From Candidatus Thorarchaeota archaeon (GTDB taxonomy: Archaea; Asgardarchaeota; Thorarchaeia; Thorarchaeales; Thorarchaeaceae): 64,000 nucleotides of DNA. Made by a program: the position numbers and the translations under genes. Every line of letters starts with the position of its first letter. Positions within the stretch are counted from its first letter, which is position 1. The notes below the pieces were generated by a model. The model did no database searches, had not been told where the DNA came from, and saw nothing but the letters and a program-made list of their open reading frames with translations. The DNA lies in contig DXJO01000007.1 in the NCBI GenBank assembly GCA_019057475.1, positions 43,192-107,191 on the forward strand. The letters run 5' to 3'. Shown piece by piece: positions 19,285-29,800 of the stretch.

Positions 19285-21159
19285 CTAGTCGAGGTCCTCA
19301 AAATCAACGTCAACTACGTCTTCGTCATCTGAGTCCTTCGACTTTGTCTTTTCACTACCTGGCATCTGGGTTGCATCAAAGCCCATCTTACTTGGGTCCA
19401 TTCCAGCCGCGCCCGGTCCCTGAGCACCGTAGGCCTTCTCTGATATCTTGAATATCACTTGCTGCAGTGCGTCTGTTCCGGTCTTCATCTTCTCGTAGTC
19501 ATCCGCTTCGATGGCTTTCTTGAGACCCTCAGACTCCTTCTCGAACTCCGTCTTGAGGTCTGCAGGGACCTTATCGCCGAGATCCTTCAGTAGCTTCTCT
19601 CCCTGGTAGACCATCTGATCTGCATTGTTCTTGGTTTCCACCTGTGCTTTCCTCTTAGCGTCTTCTTCAGAGTACTTCTCCGCATCCTGTACCATTCTCG
19701 CAACGTCGCCATCAGATAGGTTAGTGCTTGCAGTGATGGTCATGGACTGCTCGTTACCTGTTGCCTTATCCTTGGCTGCGACGTTGACAATGCCATTGGC
19801 ATCTATGTCAAATGTGACTTCAATCTGTGGGATGCCTCTGGGTGCAGGCGGGATACCAACTAGCTGGAAACGCCCAAGGGTCATGTTGTCCGCAGCCATT
19901 GGACGCTCGCCCTGCACAACGCGGATATCGACGGCGGTCTGGTGGTCTGCAGCAGTAGAGAAAATCTGACTCTTCCGCGTCGGAATCGTAGTGTTCTTGT
20001 CGATAAGAGGTGTTGCTACACCGCCCAGTGTTTCAATGCCAAGTGTCAGCGGAGTGACGTCGAGCAGAAGAATATCTGTGACTTCTCCAGACAGCACACC
20101 TGCCTGTGCGGCCGCACCCAATGCGACACATTCGTCTGGATTGATGCTCTTATCCCCTACTTTGCCGAACATGGCACGGATAATGTCCTGAATCATTGGC
20201 ATCCTCGTAGCACCTCCAACTAGAAGTATCTTATCGATGCCTTCTGGTTCGACCTTGGCATCAGTGAGGGCTTGTCTAATTGGACCCAGTGTGGCCTGTA
20301 CCAAGTCATCTGTCATCTGCTCAAGCTTTGCCCGCGTGAGGTCTAGATTCAGATGCTTTGGACCACTCTGGTCAGCGGTTATGTAAGGAAGGTTGATTGT
20401 TGTCTGTTTGACAGTAGAGAGCTCGATCTTCGCCTGCTCAGCAGCATCCTTGATTCTCTGCATAGCAGATAGGTCCTTTGAGATGTCCATGCCAGTCGCT
20501 TTCTTGAACTCCGCAATCATCCAGTCCATGACACACTGATCCCAATCATCGCCTCCCAACTGGGTATTGCCACTTGTGGAGAGTACCTCATAGACTTCTT
20601 CACCAATTTCGAGTATCGATACATCAAAGGTACCACCTCCGAGGTCGTAAACAAGGACCTTTAGTTCCTCATCCTTGTCAAGACCATAGGCCAGAGCTGA
20701 TGCTGTGGGTTCATTAACAATTCTTAGAACCTCAAGACCAGCAATCGTCCCCGCGTCCTTCGTTGCTTGCCGTTGACTATCGTTGAAATATGCAGGCACC
20801 GTGATGACAGCCTGCACGACCTTCTGTCCTAGAAACGCTTCTGCATCTTTCTTCATTTTAGCCAGGATCATTGCGGAGATCTCTTGTGGAGTGTATTCCT
20901 TATCTCCAATCTTCACTTTGTAATCCTGCCCCATCTTGCGCTTTATTGACCGGACTGTCCTTTCTGGCAAAGAAACTGCTTGTCTCTTTGCAAGCTCCCC
21001 AACAACAATCTCTCCATTTGGCATGATTCCCACGACTGACGCAGTGAGCCGTTTGCCTTCCGCGTTAGGGATTATCGTGGGCGTCCCGGCTTCCATGTAG
21101 GCAATGCCGCTATTGGTGGTTCCCAAGTCTATGCCGACAACTATGGTTTTCTTTGACAT
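19285..21159 (-). CDS. dnaK: Chaperone DnaK (Hsp70)
   Basis: [23 protein letters not shown]. Confidence 0.99.
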   Translation of the reverse strand: MSKKTIVVGIDLGTTNSGIAYMEAGTPTIIPNAEGKRLTASVVGIMPNGEIVVGELAKRQAVSLPERTVRSIKRKMGQDYKVKIGDKEYTPQEISAMILAKMKKDAEAFLGQKVVQAVITVPAYFNDSQRQATKDAGTIAGLEVLRIVNEPTASALAYGLDKDEELKVLVYDLGGGTFDVSILEIGEEVYEVLSTSGNTQLGGDDWDQCVMDWMIAEFKKATGMDISKDLSAMQRIKDAAEQAKIELSTVKQTTINLPYITADQSGPKHLNLDLTRAKLEQMTDDLVQATLGPIRQALTDAKVEPEGIDKILLVGGATRMPMIQDIIRAMFGKVGDKSINPDECVALGAAAQAGVLSGEVTDILLLDVTPLTLGIETLGGVATPLIDKNTTIPTRKSQIFSTAADHQTAVDIRVVQGERPMAADNMTLGRFQLVGIPPAPRGIPQIEVTFDIDANGIVNVAAKDKATGNEQSMTITASTNLSDGDVARMVQDAEKYSEEDAKRKAQVETKNNADQMVYQGEKLLKDLGDKVPADLKTEFEKESEGLKKAIEADDYEKMKTGTDALQQVIFKISEKAYGAQGPGAAGMDPSKMGFDATQMPGSEKTKSKDSDDEDVVDVDFEDLD

Positions 21160-21161
21160 GT

Positions 21162-21779
21162 TTATTCACTATCCATTTCTGAGCTCTCATTAGCATCTTC
21201 TTCAATTTCACTGGCAGAGGGACTCTCGTGTCGGTTCACACGAACCATCGCGGGTCTTAGAACCTTTTCCCTTAGCATGTATCCCTTTTGATAGACCTCG
21301 ACCACTTTACCATCGGGCAGGTCAGGATTAGAGGTTCTGCTAGCAGCATGCTGGTAGTAGGGATCAAACTCTTTGTTCAAAGACTCAATCGGCCGAACAT
21401 CCTCCAGAGAGAGGATTTTGCTAATCTGTCGCTCGATTGCACCTATGCCCTCTTTGGCCGCAGCAGGGTCTTTCTTGAAGTCGACCTCCATTGCGCGCTC
21501 AATGTTATCATAGACTTCAAGCAGTTTAAGAAGAACTCCTTCCCTGGCGAACTTGGCGGCCTCTTCAAATCTACCGTCTATGCGCTTCTTGTAGTTCTCG
21601 AATTCCGCCTGCAGCCTCTGGAGTCGGTCCAGAAGATCGTTGGCCTGGGCTTCATCTTCATCAAGGTCCTGCTCAGGCTTTTTCTCAGGAAGCGCTTCAA
21701 AAGATTCAGCGTTACTGAGCGCTCCTTCCTCTTCAGGAGTAACATCTGCTTCCTGACGTTCTTCATTATTCTCCGGCAT
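21162..21779 (-). CDS. grpE: Nucleotide exchange factor GrpE
   Basis: [19 protein letters not shown]...LRPAMV; operon position. Confidence 0.96.
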   Translation of the reverse strand: MPENNEERQEADVTPEEEGALSNAESFEALPEKKPEQDLDEDEAQANDLLDRLQRLQAEFENYKKRIDGRFEEAAKFAREGVLLKLLEVYDNIERAMEVDFKKDPAAAKEGIGAIERQISKILSLEDVRPIESLNKEFDPYYQHAASRTSNPDLPDGKVVEVYQKGYMLREKVLRPAMVRVNRHESPSASEIEEDANESSEMDSE

Positions 21780-22026
21780 TTTCGGTCACTCTGCCTGTCC
21801 ATAGATGACTCTAGCAAGCATAGCATGCACAGAAGTGCGCCGAGTTTAAAACATCGGCTGGGTTTGTTGCTGGATTGCAGCAATTCCCCCGGGTGACTCA
21901 CCCAAAAGCTCGGTTTTCCCAAAATAAGGCTTTCGACTTGACCACGCTATGCAGAATCGTTGTTCCTCTTTGTGCAGAGTAGCAACCGAAAACAACTTTT
22001 ATGCTGATGCCTAACAACCCGATGCA

Positions 22027-22779
22027 ATGCGCGATGAAAATGCTCTCGAGCAAGCAAAGAAACTTGTGGCCGCCGCCAAGAAGATCTCAGCACTGACCGG
22101 TGCTGGAATCAGTGTTGATTCAGGGATTCCCGACTTTCGATCCGAAGGGGGAATCTGGGAACGTTTCGACCCGTATGAATACGGCACTTACGACTCATTC
22201 CTAAATGACCCATCGAAATTTTGGACTATGGGACGGGAGCTTGCTAAGGTGATGCTCAAAGCAAAGCCAAATCCCGCTCACATAGCTCTAGCGGAACTGG
22301 AGCAGACAGGAAAGCTGCTAGGAGTCATAACACAGAACATAGACAATCTGCATCAAGCAGCAGGGAACACCAATGTCGTCGAACTGCATGGCAGTTACCT
22401 TCGCGCACACTGCATGGAATGCAAGACAGATTACGTTGGCGAGGAAGTTCATCAGCGCGTTGCGGATGGTGAGATACCTCCTAGATGCGAGAAATGTGGA
22501 GGGGTCCTGAAGTCGGAGGCAGTACTCTTCGGCGAACCGATGCCTGAAGGCCCAATGGCAAGGGCGGTCGATATCTGCAATGATACTGACCTGATGCTGG
22601 TCATCGGAACTAGCTTGAGTGTATACCCGGCAGCGTTTCTTCCGCAGTTGGCCAAGAACTCGGGAGCAAAAGTGATTCTCATCAATCTCGAAGGCGCGAA
22701 TCGTGACGATGTTGCGGATGTTATCCTGATGGGAAAAGCAAGCGACGTAGTTCCGAGATTGTTTGGTAGCTCCGAGTAG
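22027..22779 (+). CDS. cobB: NAD-dependent protein deacylase (Sir2 family)
   Basis: TGAGISVDSGIPDFR, TQNIDNLH, ELHG, two CxxC, GTSL. Confidence 0.93.
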   Translation: MRDENALEQAKKLVAAAKKISALTGAGISVDSGIPDFRSEGGIWERFDPYEYGTYDSFLNDPSKFWTMGRELAKVMLKAKPNPAHIALAELEQTGKLLGVITQNIDNLHQAAGNTNVVELHGSYLRAHCMECKTDYVGEEVHQRVADGEIPPRCEKCGGVLKSEAVLFGEPMPEGPMARAVDICNDTDLMLVIGTSLSVYPAAFLPQLAKNSGAKVILINLEGANRDDVADVILMGKASDVVPRLFGSSE

Positions 22780-22854
22780 GACATCAGCATCCCAGCAGAA
22801 ACCACTGCCCAGTCACACTTCCTTCATGCGAACTCCTTAAACGGGCCTAGTTCC

Positions 22855-23841
22855 ATGCATTTTCGGCAGGTCATGAAGGCTAATCCATGGACACTGGCTA
22901 GTCTTGGTCAGCTGTCGATACTATTGGAGGCAAGCTCTCCCAAACCAGGCAATGTTAACCGCCTGCAGCCTTTTTCGGACACGGATTATCGCCATTTCCT
23001 TGCTAGTGCATCACTAATGAGCCGGGGACTTCATTTAGCGGCTTCAAGGGGGGTAGCCCTTGCAGAAGACAAGTTGAAGCCAGAGGAGGTCAGGCTAGGT
23101 GAGATCATTTTAAGATGCGCAGAAGACGTTTTCACAGGGGTCAACAAAAGGAACACAATCTTGGGTACGATTCTGTTGCACGTTCCTCTGATTGTTAGTT
23201 CAGCAGCAGTTGTGCACCATGAATCGTGTTTTTCCGTGAAAGGAATCGCGCCCTGGATTAGAAAGGTCCTTGATCATACAACACCTGAAGACACCATCGA
23301 CACGTATAGAGCATTTCACCTGTCCAACCTGGGAGGGGAGATGCACAAGGAAGCTGGCACATGGACCGAGTTCCATGACCGCTATGATATCCGGAATCCA
23401 AGTGTCTTCGACAATATTAGAGAAGATGAAATATCACTGCATCAACTCTTTCGTGCATCTGCCTCAGTTGATGAAATAAGCAGAGAGTGGTCTGAATACT
23501 TCACGCCCACATTGTGCGAGGTATATCCTCGGCTCGAACGATATTCTGTGGGGCTCGAGGACTTGGAAGAGGGCATAGTGAAGCTTTTCGTGTGGCTTCT
23601 GTCGCAGCGCCCCGATGGACTAATTGTGAAAAAAGCAGGTCCCGTACGCGCCGAGGAAGTCAGAGTTCTAGCTGAAAAGACCATAAGAGAGTCTGGAGTC
23701 GCAGATGGAGCTAAGCTTATGCTTTTACTTGATAAGAAGCTGAGAGAGGAAGGAAACCTGCTGAATCCAGGTACGACTGCAGACCTTGTTTCTGCAGCGA
23801 TACTTTGCAAACTTGTGGCTGGAGAATTCCCGTGTGTCTAG
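22855..23841 (+). CDS. citG: CitG-family protein (triphosphoribosyl-dephospho-CoA synthase-like)
   Basis: PKPGNV, NTILG, NPGTTADL. Confidence 0.82.
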   Translation: MHFRQVMKANPWTLASLGQLSILLEASSPKPGNVNRLQPFSDTDYRHFLASASLMSRGLHLAASRGVALAEDKLKPEEVRLGEIILRCAEDVFTGVNKRNTILGTILLHVPLIVSSAAVVHHESCFSVKGIAPWIRKVLDHTTPEDTIDTYRAFHLSNLGGEMHKEAGTWTEFHDRYDIRNPSVFDNIREDEISLHQLFRASASVDEISREWSEYFTPTLCEVYPRLERYSVGLEDLEEGIVKLFVWLLSQRPDGLIVKKAGPVRAEEVRVLAEKTIRESGVADGAKLMLLLDKKLREEGNLLNPGTTADLVSAAILCKLVAGEFPCV

Positions 23842-23918
23842 CTCAGAACTTCGTTGAATAAGACAACGACTGGGATTAGCATGAAGGATGGTTGAAGGGA
23901 ATCAGCGCGACCCTGTTT

Positions 23919-24242
23919 CTACATGAGAAATTGACGGAAGATATGCTCGTACTTCGTACGAATCTCTCTCGCTCTGTCTGTGTCTGCCAAGTAGAGCGGT
24001 TGGCGCATGTCGTTAAGATTCGGGACCTTTCTGCAAAGTTGGTGGCCCAGGAGTTTGCGAAGGGCAAAGGAAACTGTTCGAGGAGCTAGGTCGACCTTGC
24101 TACTGAGGTCCTTTGGAGTCATAGGACCATCCACAGCTAGATGATTCAGAACTATGATTGCACTTCTTGGGAGGTCGAAATTAATACTCAACTTATCTAC
24201 CCTATGAGTCCGTTCTCTGCGCAGCCTCGTTATATATCCCAC
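23919..24242 (-). CDS. Small winged-HTH transcriptional regulator
   Basis: GPMTPKDL...LAPRTVSFALRKL...DMRQPLY; start may be downstream. Confidence 0.75.
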   Translation of the reverse strand: MGYITRLRRERTHRVDKLSINFDLPRSAIIVLNHLAVDGPMTPKDLSSKVDLAPRTVSFALRKLLGHQLCRKVPNLNDMRQPLYLADTDRAREIRTKYEHIFRQFLM

Positions 24243-24394
24243 GGCTCTGAATATAAAGCATAAGATGAACGCATGGTCTTGCAGTGGCGCGTGCTTACTA
24301 AATTATGAACTCGCAATAGTAGGATTCAAGTGGCAAAATGCGCGTTAAACTAAAACACTCACGGCTTTGGCCATCCAGGAGGCGTTAGGAACAG

Positions 24395-25387
24395 TTGAAG
24401 GAGAAGGTGTTTGTAACAAGAGAGATCCCGTCTGAGGGATTGGATATCATCAGAAGCAATTTTGAAACCACAGTCTGGCAGCCAGAAGTGCCCCCCACAC
24501 AAAATGAGATAGTGGAGAAGGCAAAAGACTGCGCAGGGCTCGTGACTCTGCTCACCGATCCGATAGATTCCGTAGTCCTTCAATCATTGCCCGATCTGAA
24601 GGTGATTGCGCAATACGCCGTCGGGTTTGATAATATCGATGTTGAATTTGCAACATCTCGAGGAATTGTTGTTACCAACACGCCCGGAGTCCTCACAGAA
24701 ACAACAGCGGACCTTACTTGGGCGCTCATAATGGCATCAGCAAGGGGGATACCCCAGGCAGACCGCTATGTCAAGGAAGGAAAATGGAAGGTGGGATGGG
24801 GACCTATGATGCTGCTAGGCAATGATGTCTATGGCGCAACGCTCGGTGTGATTGGAATGGGCAGGATTGGCAGCGCCGTTGCGCACAGAGCCAAGGGGTT
24901 CTCGATGAAAATCCTGTATGTTGACGTCTTTGAAAATGAAACAACAAGAAGTGTTGAGAGAGAGTTTGGAGCATCAAGAACTGATTTGGAAACGCTTCTG
25001 AGAGAAGCCGACATTGTTACAATCCATGTCCCCCTAAATCCTGACACAAGGGAAATGATAGGCGAGAAAGAGCTAAGCATGATGAAACCGGGCGCAGTGC
25101 TCGTTAACACGTCGAGAGGGGCAGTCATTAATGAAGCTGCACTTGCAGATGCTCTTCGATCCGGACATCTCCGCGGCGCTGGATTGGACGTATTCAACGA
25201 GGAACCACTTCAAGCGGACAGTCCGCTCCTCGAACTCCGAAATGTTATACTGACTCCACATATCGCCAGTGCCAGCTTCGCTACGAGAGCTAGAATGGCA
25301 ACCATGTGCGCAGAGAACCTGACTGCAGCCCTCGGGAGAGAGAGACCGCCAAACATTGTGAACCCAGAGGTGTTGAATGTTGATTGA
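24395..25387 (+). CDS. gyaR: Glyoxylate reductase / D-2-hydroxyacid dehydrogenase
   Basis: AVGFDNID, NTPGVLTETTADL, GMGRIG, NTSRG, PHIASA. Confidence 0.9.
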   Translation: MKEKVFVTREIPSEGLDIIRSNFETTVWQPEVPPTQNEIVEKAKDCAGLVTLLTDPIDSVVLQSLPDLKVIAQYAVGFDNIDVEFATSRGIVVTNTPGVLTETTADLTWALIMASARGIPQADRYVKEGKWKVGWGPMMLLGNDVYGATLGVIGMGRIGSAVAHRAKGFSMKILYVDVFENETTRSVEREFGASRTDLETLLREADIVTIHVPLNPDTREMIGEKELSMMKPGAVLVNTSRGAVINEAALADALRSGHLRGAGLDVFNEEPLQADSPLLELRNVILTPHIASASFATRARMATMCAENLTAALGRERPPNIVNPEVLNVD

Positions 25388-26724
25388 TGACTGTAGCAGC
25401 ATGTTAGAATCAAGAATCTCGATTCGTAAGTTTAGGAAAGCCACAATCCCCGATAATGACATCAACGAGATTATCGAGATTGGTACCAAAGCTCCCTCGG
25501 CGGGCAACTGTCAGCCTTGGAGAATTGTTGTTGTGAAGGATGCAGCTACCCGCGAAAAGTTGGCTGAGGCGGCGTGGGGTCAGGGCTTCGTAGCGAAGGC
25601 GCCGGTCATATTGGCAGTCTGTGCGGTGCCCGCCGAATCAAAGGAGAGGTATAGCGAAAGAGTCGCAGTGAGAAAGAAATTAGAAAAATGAAGGCGGAGG
25701 TCCACGATCTCAGGGGCAGCCGTCGGTGTGCTCCTCCAAGACTTCTAGTTAAGGGACAGAGGGTCACGCTCCAAGTCCCATTCTTACCTCCTAATGAGGA
25801 AATGCTCAACGATGTCATTGGTGAGCAGACTTATGATGCACTCGCAGGGGCTGACAGAGGAATCAGAGTTCCAATGGCTCTCTCAGTGCTCAACGAAGGT
25901 CAGTATGAAGACAGGCTAGTGTCATGCAACCATCTTATTGACAAGAGAGAGCGACTTAGAAAGCAAGCATATGCGCTCAATTCACAGATTGATAGGAAGA
26001 GAAACAACTGGGAGAAGAAACGGAAGGGATCGTTGCCCACAGTGGTTCTAAGGAAGCAGCGTCACCTTGATGCACTGTGGAGAAAAGTTCGTCGTCTCGA
26101 CCGTGAGGTAGCCCGGCAGGTTGCTTCTGAAACTGTCTGGTGGTGTGAACAGCATAATGTCAAGACCCTGTTCTTCGAGGACTTGAGGAGTTATCAAGCT
26201 CCCGGAGGACGGGGCGACCTATCATGGGCGCTGAATACAAACCTGTGGGGAAGGATATTCGATACAGTGAGGTATATGCGTGAAGCCCTAGGCCATAGAT
26301 ATGGTGGCCTCTGGAGCGTCAATCCATACCATACAAGCAAGAGGTGCCATGTGTGCGGTAAGGTGGGAATCAGAGTAGAGGGTAAGTCCTCAACCACTCA
26401 GAGAATGGGAGGAGAGTACTTCTATTGCTCCCACTGTCAGACCCACATGCATGCAGACCTGAACGCTGCGCGAAACATAATTCATGTTCAATCAAGGTCC
26501 AGTGCCGCTCCTGGACGGACAAATGTGGCATGTCCATGTTTGTCCAATTTACAATGAACGGTAGGAGCGTTTGATGAAGAAACAGTCACCAGGTCCTCAA
26601 CGTGCCTGCGGAAATGAGACCAGTTGCGTCAATTCCAATCGGAATCCCTGACAGCCCAGTTCCAAAGAAGCGAAAGCGACGCCCGCTATCGGAAATCGTG
26701 GCGAGAGAGTGCTTCGCCAAGTAG
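25377..26724 (+). pseudogene. Nitroreductase-family gene split by a tnpB insertion; N-half 25377 to about 25660, C-terminal piece 26561-26724 with a frameshift
   Basis: RISIRKF and APSAGNCQPW before the insert; VGAFDEETVT / VLNVPAEMRPVASIPIGIP...RRPLSEIV after it; central segment missing. Confidence 0.8.
25661..26560 (+). mobile_element. tnpB: 5'-truncated IS200/IS605-superfamily tnpB (RNA-guided nuclease) with right end
   Basis: RuvC-I GADRG, RuvC-II FEDL, Zn finger CHVC/CSHC, RuvC-III ADLNAARNI; hairpins at 26497-26516 and 26517-26545. Confidence 0.85.
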
Positions 26725-26832
26725 GCATGATTCCGGAGTTATGGCATCTAGTAGCTCCAGAATGAATTAGGCAGTTAGCGGCGGAGTCAAATCCAAACGT
26801 CAAGCATACTGCATTGTAATGTTGAAGACTCG

Positions 26833-26863
26833 AAAAAGAAAGGGGGAGGGGACTTTCGTCCCC
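26833..26863 (-). terminator. Terminator of the large S8 gene
   Basis: GGGGAC-GAAA-GTCCCC stem-loop followed by a pyrimidine/T tract on the minus strand. Confidence 0.65.
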
Positions 26864-26877
26864 AAATATACTGTGAC

Positions 26878-29800
26878 CTACCGCTTCTTGACTAAGAAGA
26901 GGATGAGCACAACAACAACACCGGCACCAATACCAGCAATCAAACCAATCCACAACGGGTCAAGAAACGGTTGAACCACCGTTGTTGTAGTCGTTGTAGG
27001 CGTTGTGTCTGTTGTGGTAGTTTCGGTGAGGGTTCCTGCACTAAAGACACTTGACTCGAGTGAGTCTGTCAGACCCATCCAGAATTCGCCGGTTGCTGCT
27101 GCATCCGGATTCTCTGTTGGATCGTTGTCATAGACTCTCACCATTGCTCTGTAGGTATCGCGCGCCAAGAATGACGTGGAGTCCCATACGTATGAGCCAG
27201 TGGTGACGTTCGTGGCAATTAGCTGATAGCTCTCGCCGCTGTCCGCTGAGATCAGCACCTCGTAGAAGTGCTCGTCTCCAGCGTTCAGGTCGCTAGAAGT
27301 CCAGGATATGGTCTTCGAGGCGCCTGTACCTGCGACAGTTACCGTCAGCATCTCTGGTGCGAAGAAGTTGTTGAACGTGAACGATGGATAGTTCACGTCG
27401 AAGTCGATGTTGGTTTCAGTCACGGCTGCGACTAGCACCTGGAAGCTACCGTTCTTGAGGAACTGGTAGGTATCGTAGGTGCACTCAGGACCGACTGCAG
27501 GGATATCTAGACCGACACGTGTGTCGACCGTCAATGTCCATGTTCCAGCCGCAAGATCGTAGTCGAAGCAACCGACTGCGATTTCACCATCGCGGTCAGC
27601 TGTGAATGAACCGACCTCTGGATGTGCTCCAGTGGCCATCACAGATCCAACAAGGTTGTTGTCGTAGGTCCAAGTCGAGTTGTCTACCGACGTCCACCAT
27701 ACCATGACGTCACAGTCACCGTTGGTGAAGTCAACTTCTATGTCGACAGTGTCACCGTTCTTGATTCCATCTACAAACATCCAGTCGAACTCATCAAATT
27801 GAATTGGACCACTGAATGGATCGTAGGATGAATCAGGAATGACTAGGTCCCGTGTCTCATGGAAGTACACACCTGCGAGGAACGAGATGGTTATACCCGT
27901 GACCTCGTATTCAGGCATGTTGACTAGCTCGAACGCTGGATAGCTTGCGTTAATGACAACGTGGTCACCAGTAGCAGTATCCTCGTCGATAGTTTCCCCA
28001 ACCGCCATCGGGATTGGGTTAGGCAGGTTGTCAGCATCGTAGGTTACGATAACTTCCTCAGTCCCCAGATCAGAGTACCACATTACTTCAACGTCGTACT
28101 CAACTGGCAAACCAAGAGTGCCGTTCAATGCTATCGGATGCAGGTGTAGGTAATAATCACCATCGCCTGTGACCGCAGCAATAACTGCAGTTGTCGTAGC
28201 TGTCATGCCGTGACCATTTGCTAGCTCAAGACCTTCTGAACTGAGCACTGAAACGTACATGTCGTTGCCAGTGTCGGCCCAGATGACGCGGATACCTAGG
28301 TAGCCTTCGCCCAAGTTGTTATGCACGACCAATGTTCTGAAGTCCCAGTCGTCCGGGTCTCCGTCCATGCAGCCGTACATCGCGTTGTCGTATGGCTCAA
28401 GCACAGCGCCGTAGCCTTCGACAATCGTGTTGACTTCGCCTTCATCAGCCGTCAGATTGGCCACTACAGTGTAGCTGTAGGGGATTTTCACAAACGGTGA
28501 AACGCCGTCAGAAACCATCGCGTAGCCAAGATGGATGCCCACCTCAGCAGGTGCAGTCAGAGTGACGTTGACAGTGTTGGTTGTACCACCAGCAGCAAAT
28601 TTGAGTTCAGGTGCCTCAACGAAGCCCCAGAAGATCACAGTGCAGGTGAAGTCATTGCCAGGCATCGTCTGGTTGTAATCGTGGATCGGATCATGGATCA
28701 CGAGTACAATGTCTCCGTCGAGCCCGGCTCCGACGGGTACTCCCATCGGACGCGCGAAAGGCATCATGTTGGTGTTGCTGACATCGCTGGCGCTTGTAAT
28801 GCGGCTCAGCTCGCTGCCTTCTCCACTGGATGCATTCCAGAGGTTGGGCATTCCGTCATCATTGAGGTCTTCCCAGTCGTACAGGAACATCCATGACTCG
28901 TTACCGGCAACATCTCCAGCATCGAATGACACACCGACAGTCATGTACCAATACAAGCCTTCGGAAGCATCATAGGCACTGCCAATCTGCTCGCTCAGGT
29001 TGAAGTAGCCGTACATCTGTTCATCGATCACAACCGTGTCATTGTACGAGAAGGTCGTGCTCGTGAACATGTATGTTTCATTCTCTAACCAGTAGCCCGC
29101 GGCAGCGCCCCAATCGACATCCCAAGTCATTGGAGTGTCGTACATGTCGGCAGCGTTATCATACAACGAGAGATGGTTTGTGACAACGTCACCAGCCATG
29201 ACCTGTCCAAAGAACAGGGAACCCTCGTAGTTGTCCAACGGGTAGGCTTCTGTGGTTGAGTTTACGTCTAGTCCAGTCCAGGACTCCGGTAGTACACCCC
29301 AGTAGGCCCATGCGTCTCCGATGAAGTTCGCGAAGTAGTTCCAAGAGTCTGTGCTTGCACCCACCATGCCAATATCGTTCACCACAAAATTGCATGCCGC
29401 CTCAGCGTCAACTCGACCGAAGCCTTGAGTGGCTGGATCGTAACCGAGATCAACAGCAGTGTATTGTAGGATGTTCTTGACTTGAGCAGGGTTGACAACT
29501 CCACCTAATGCTTCATAGACAAGTGCTGCCACACCGGCTGCTACCGGAGCGGCTTGGCTTGTGCCAGCAAACATTGTGTAGTTGTACCAGGTATGACCAG
29601 GCGCATGTCGATAGGATGGTAGCCAAATGTCGTTGAAGTATACTCCATACAATGGCATACCAGCATAGCCTCCAAGGCCTGGAGCCACTATGTCTGGCTT
29701 AATGTAACCAGAGAATGACGGCCCCTTGCTGCTAAAGCTAGCAATGCCTTCGTAGTCCATCTGATCGGGACCATACAAGTAGTCTAGCCAGTGGCTAGTT

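Noticed and set aside
21780-22026. CIRCE or other heat-shock operator upstream of grpE
   Set aside because: No TTAGCACTC-N9-GAGTGCTAA and no other clear inverted repeat seen
22027-22779. Sir2 as an anti-phage defence effector
   Set aside because: Canonical stand-alone Zn-binding CobB-type deacylase with no defence partners
25661-26560. Cas12f/CRISPR effector
   Set aside because: No array or cas genes; it is truncated and inserted in a host gene like an IS-borne tnpB
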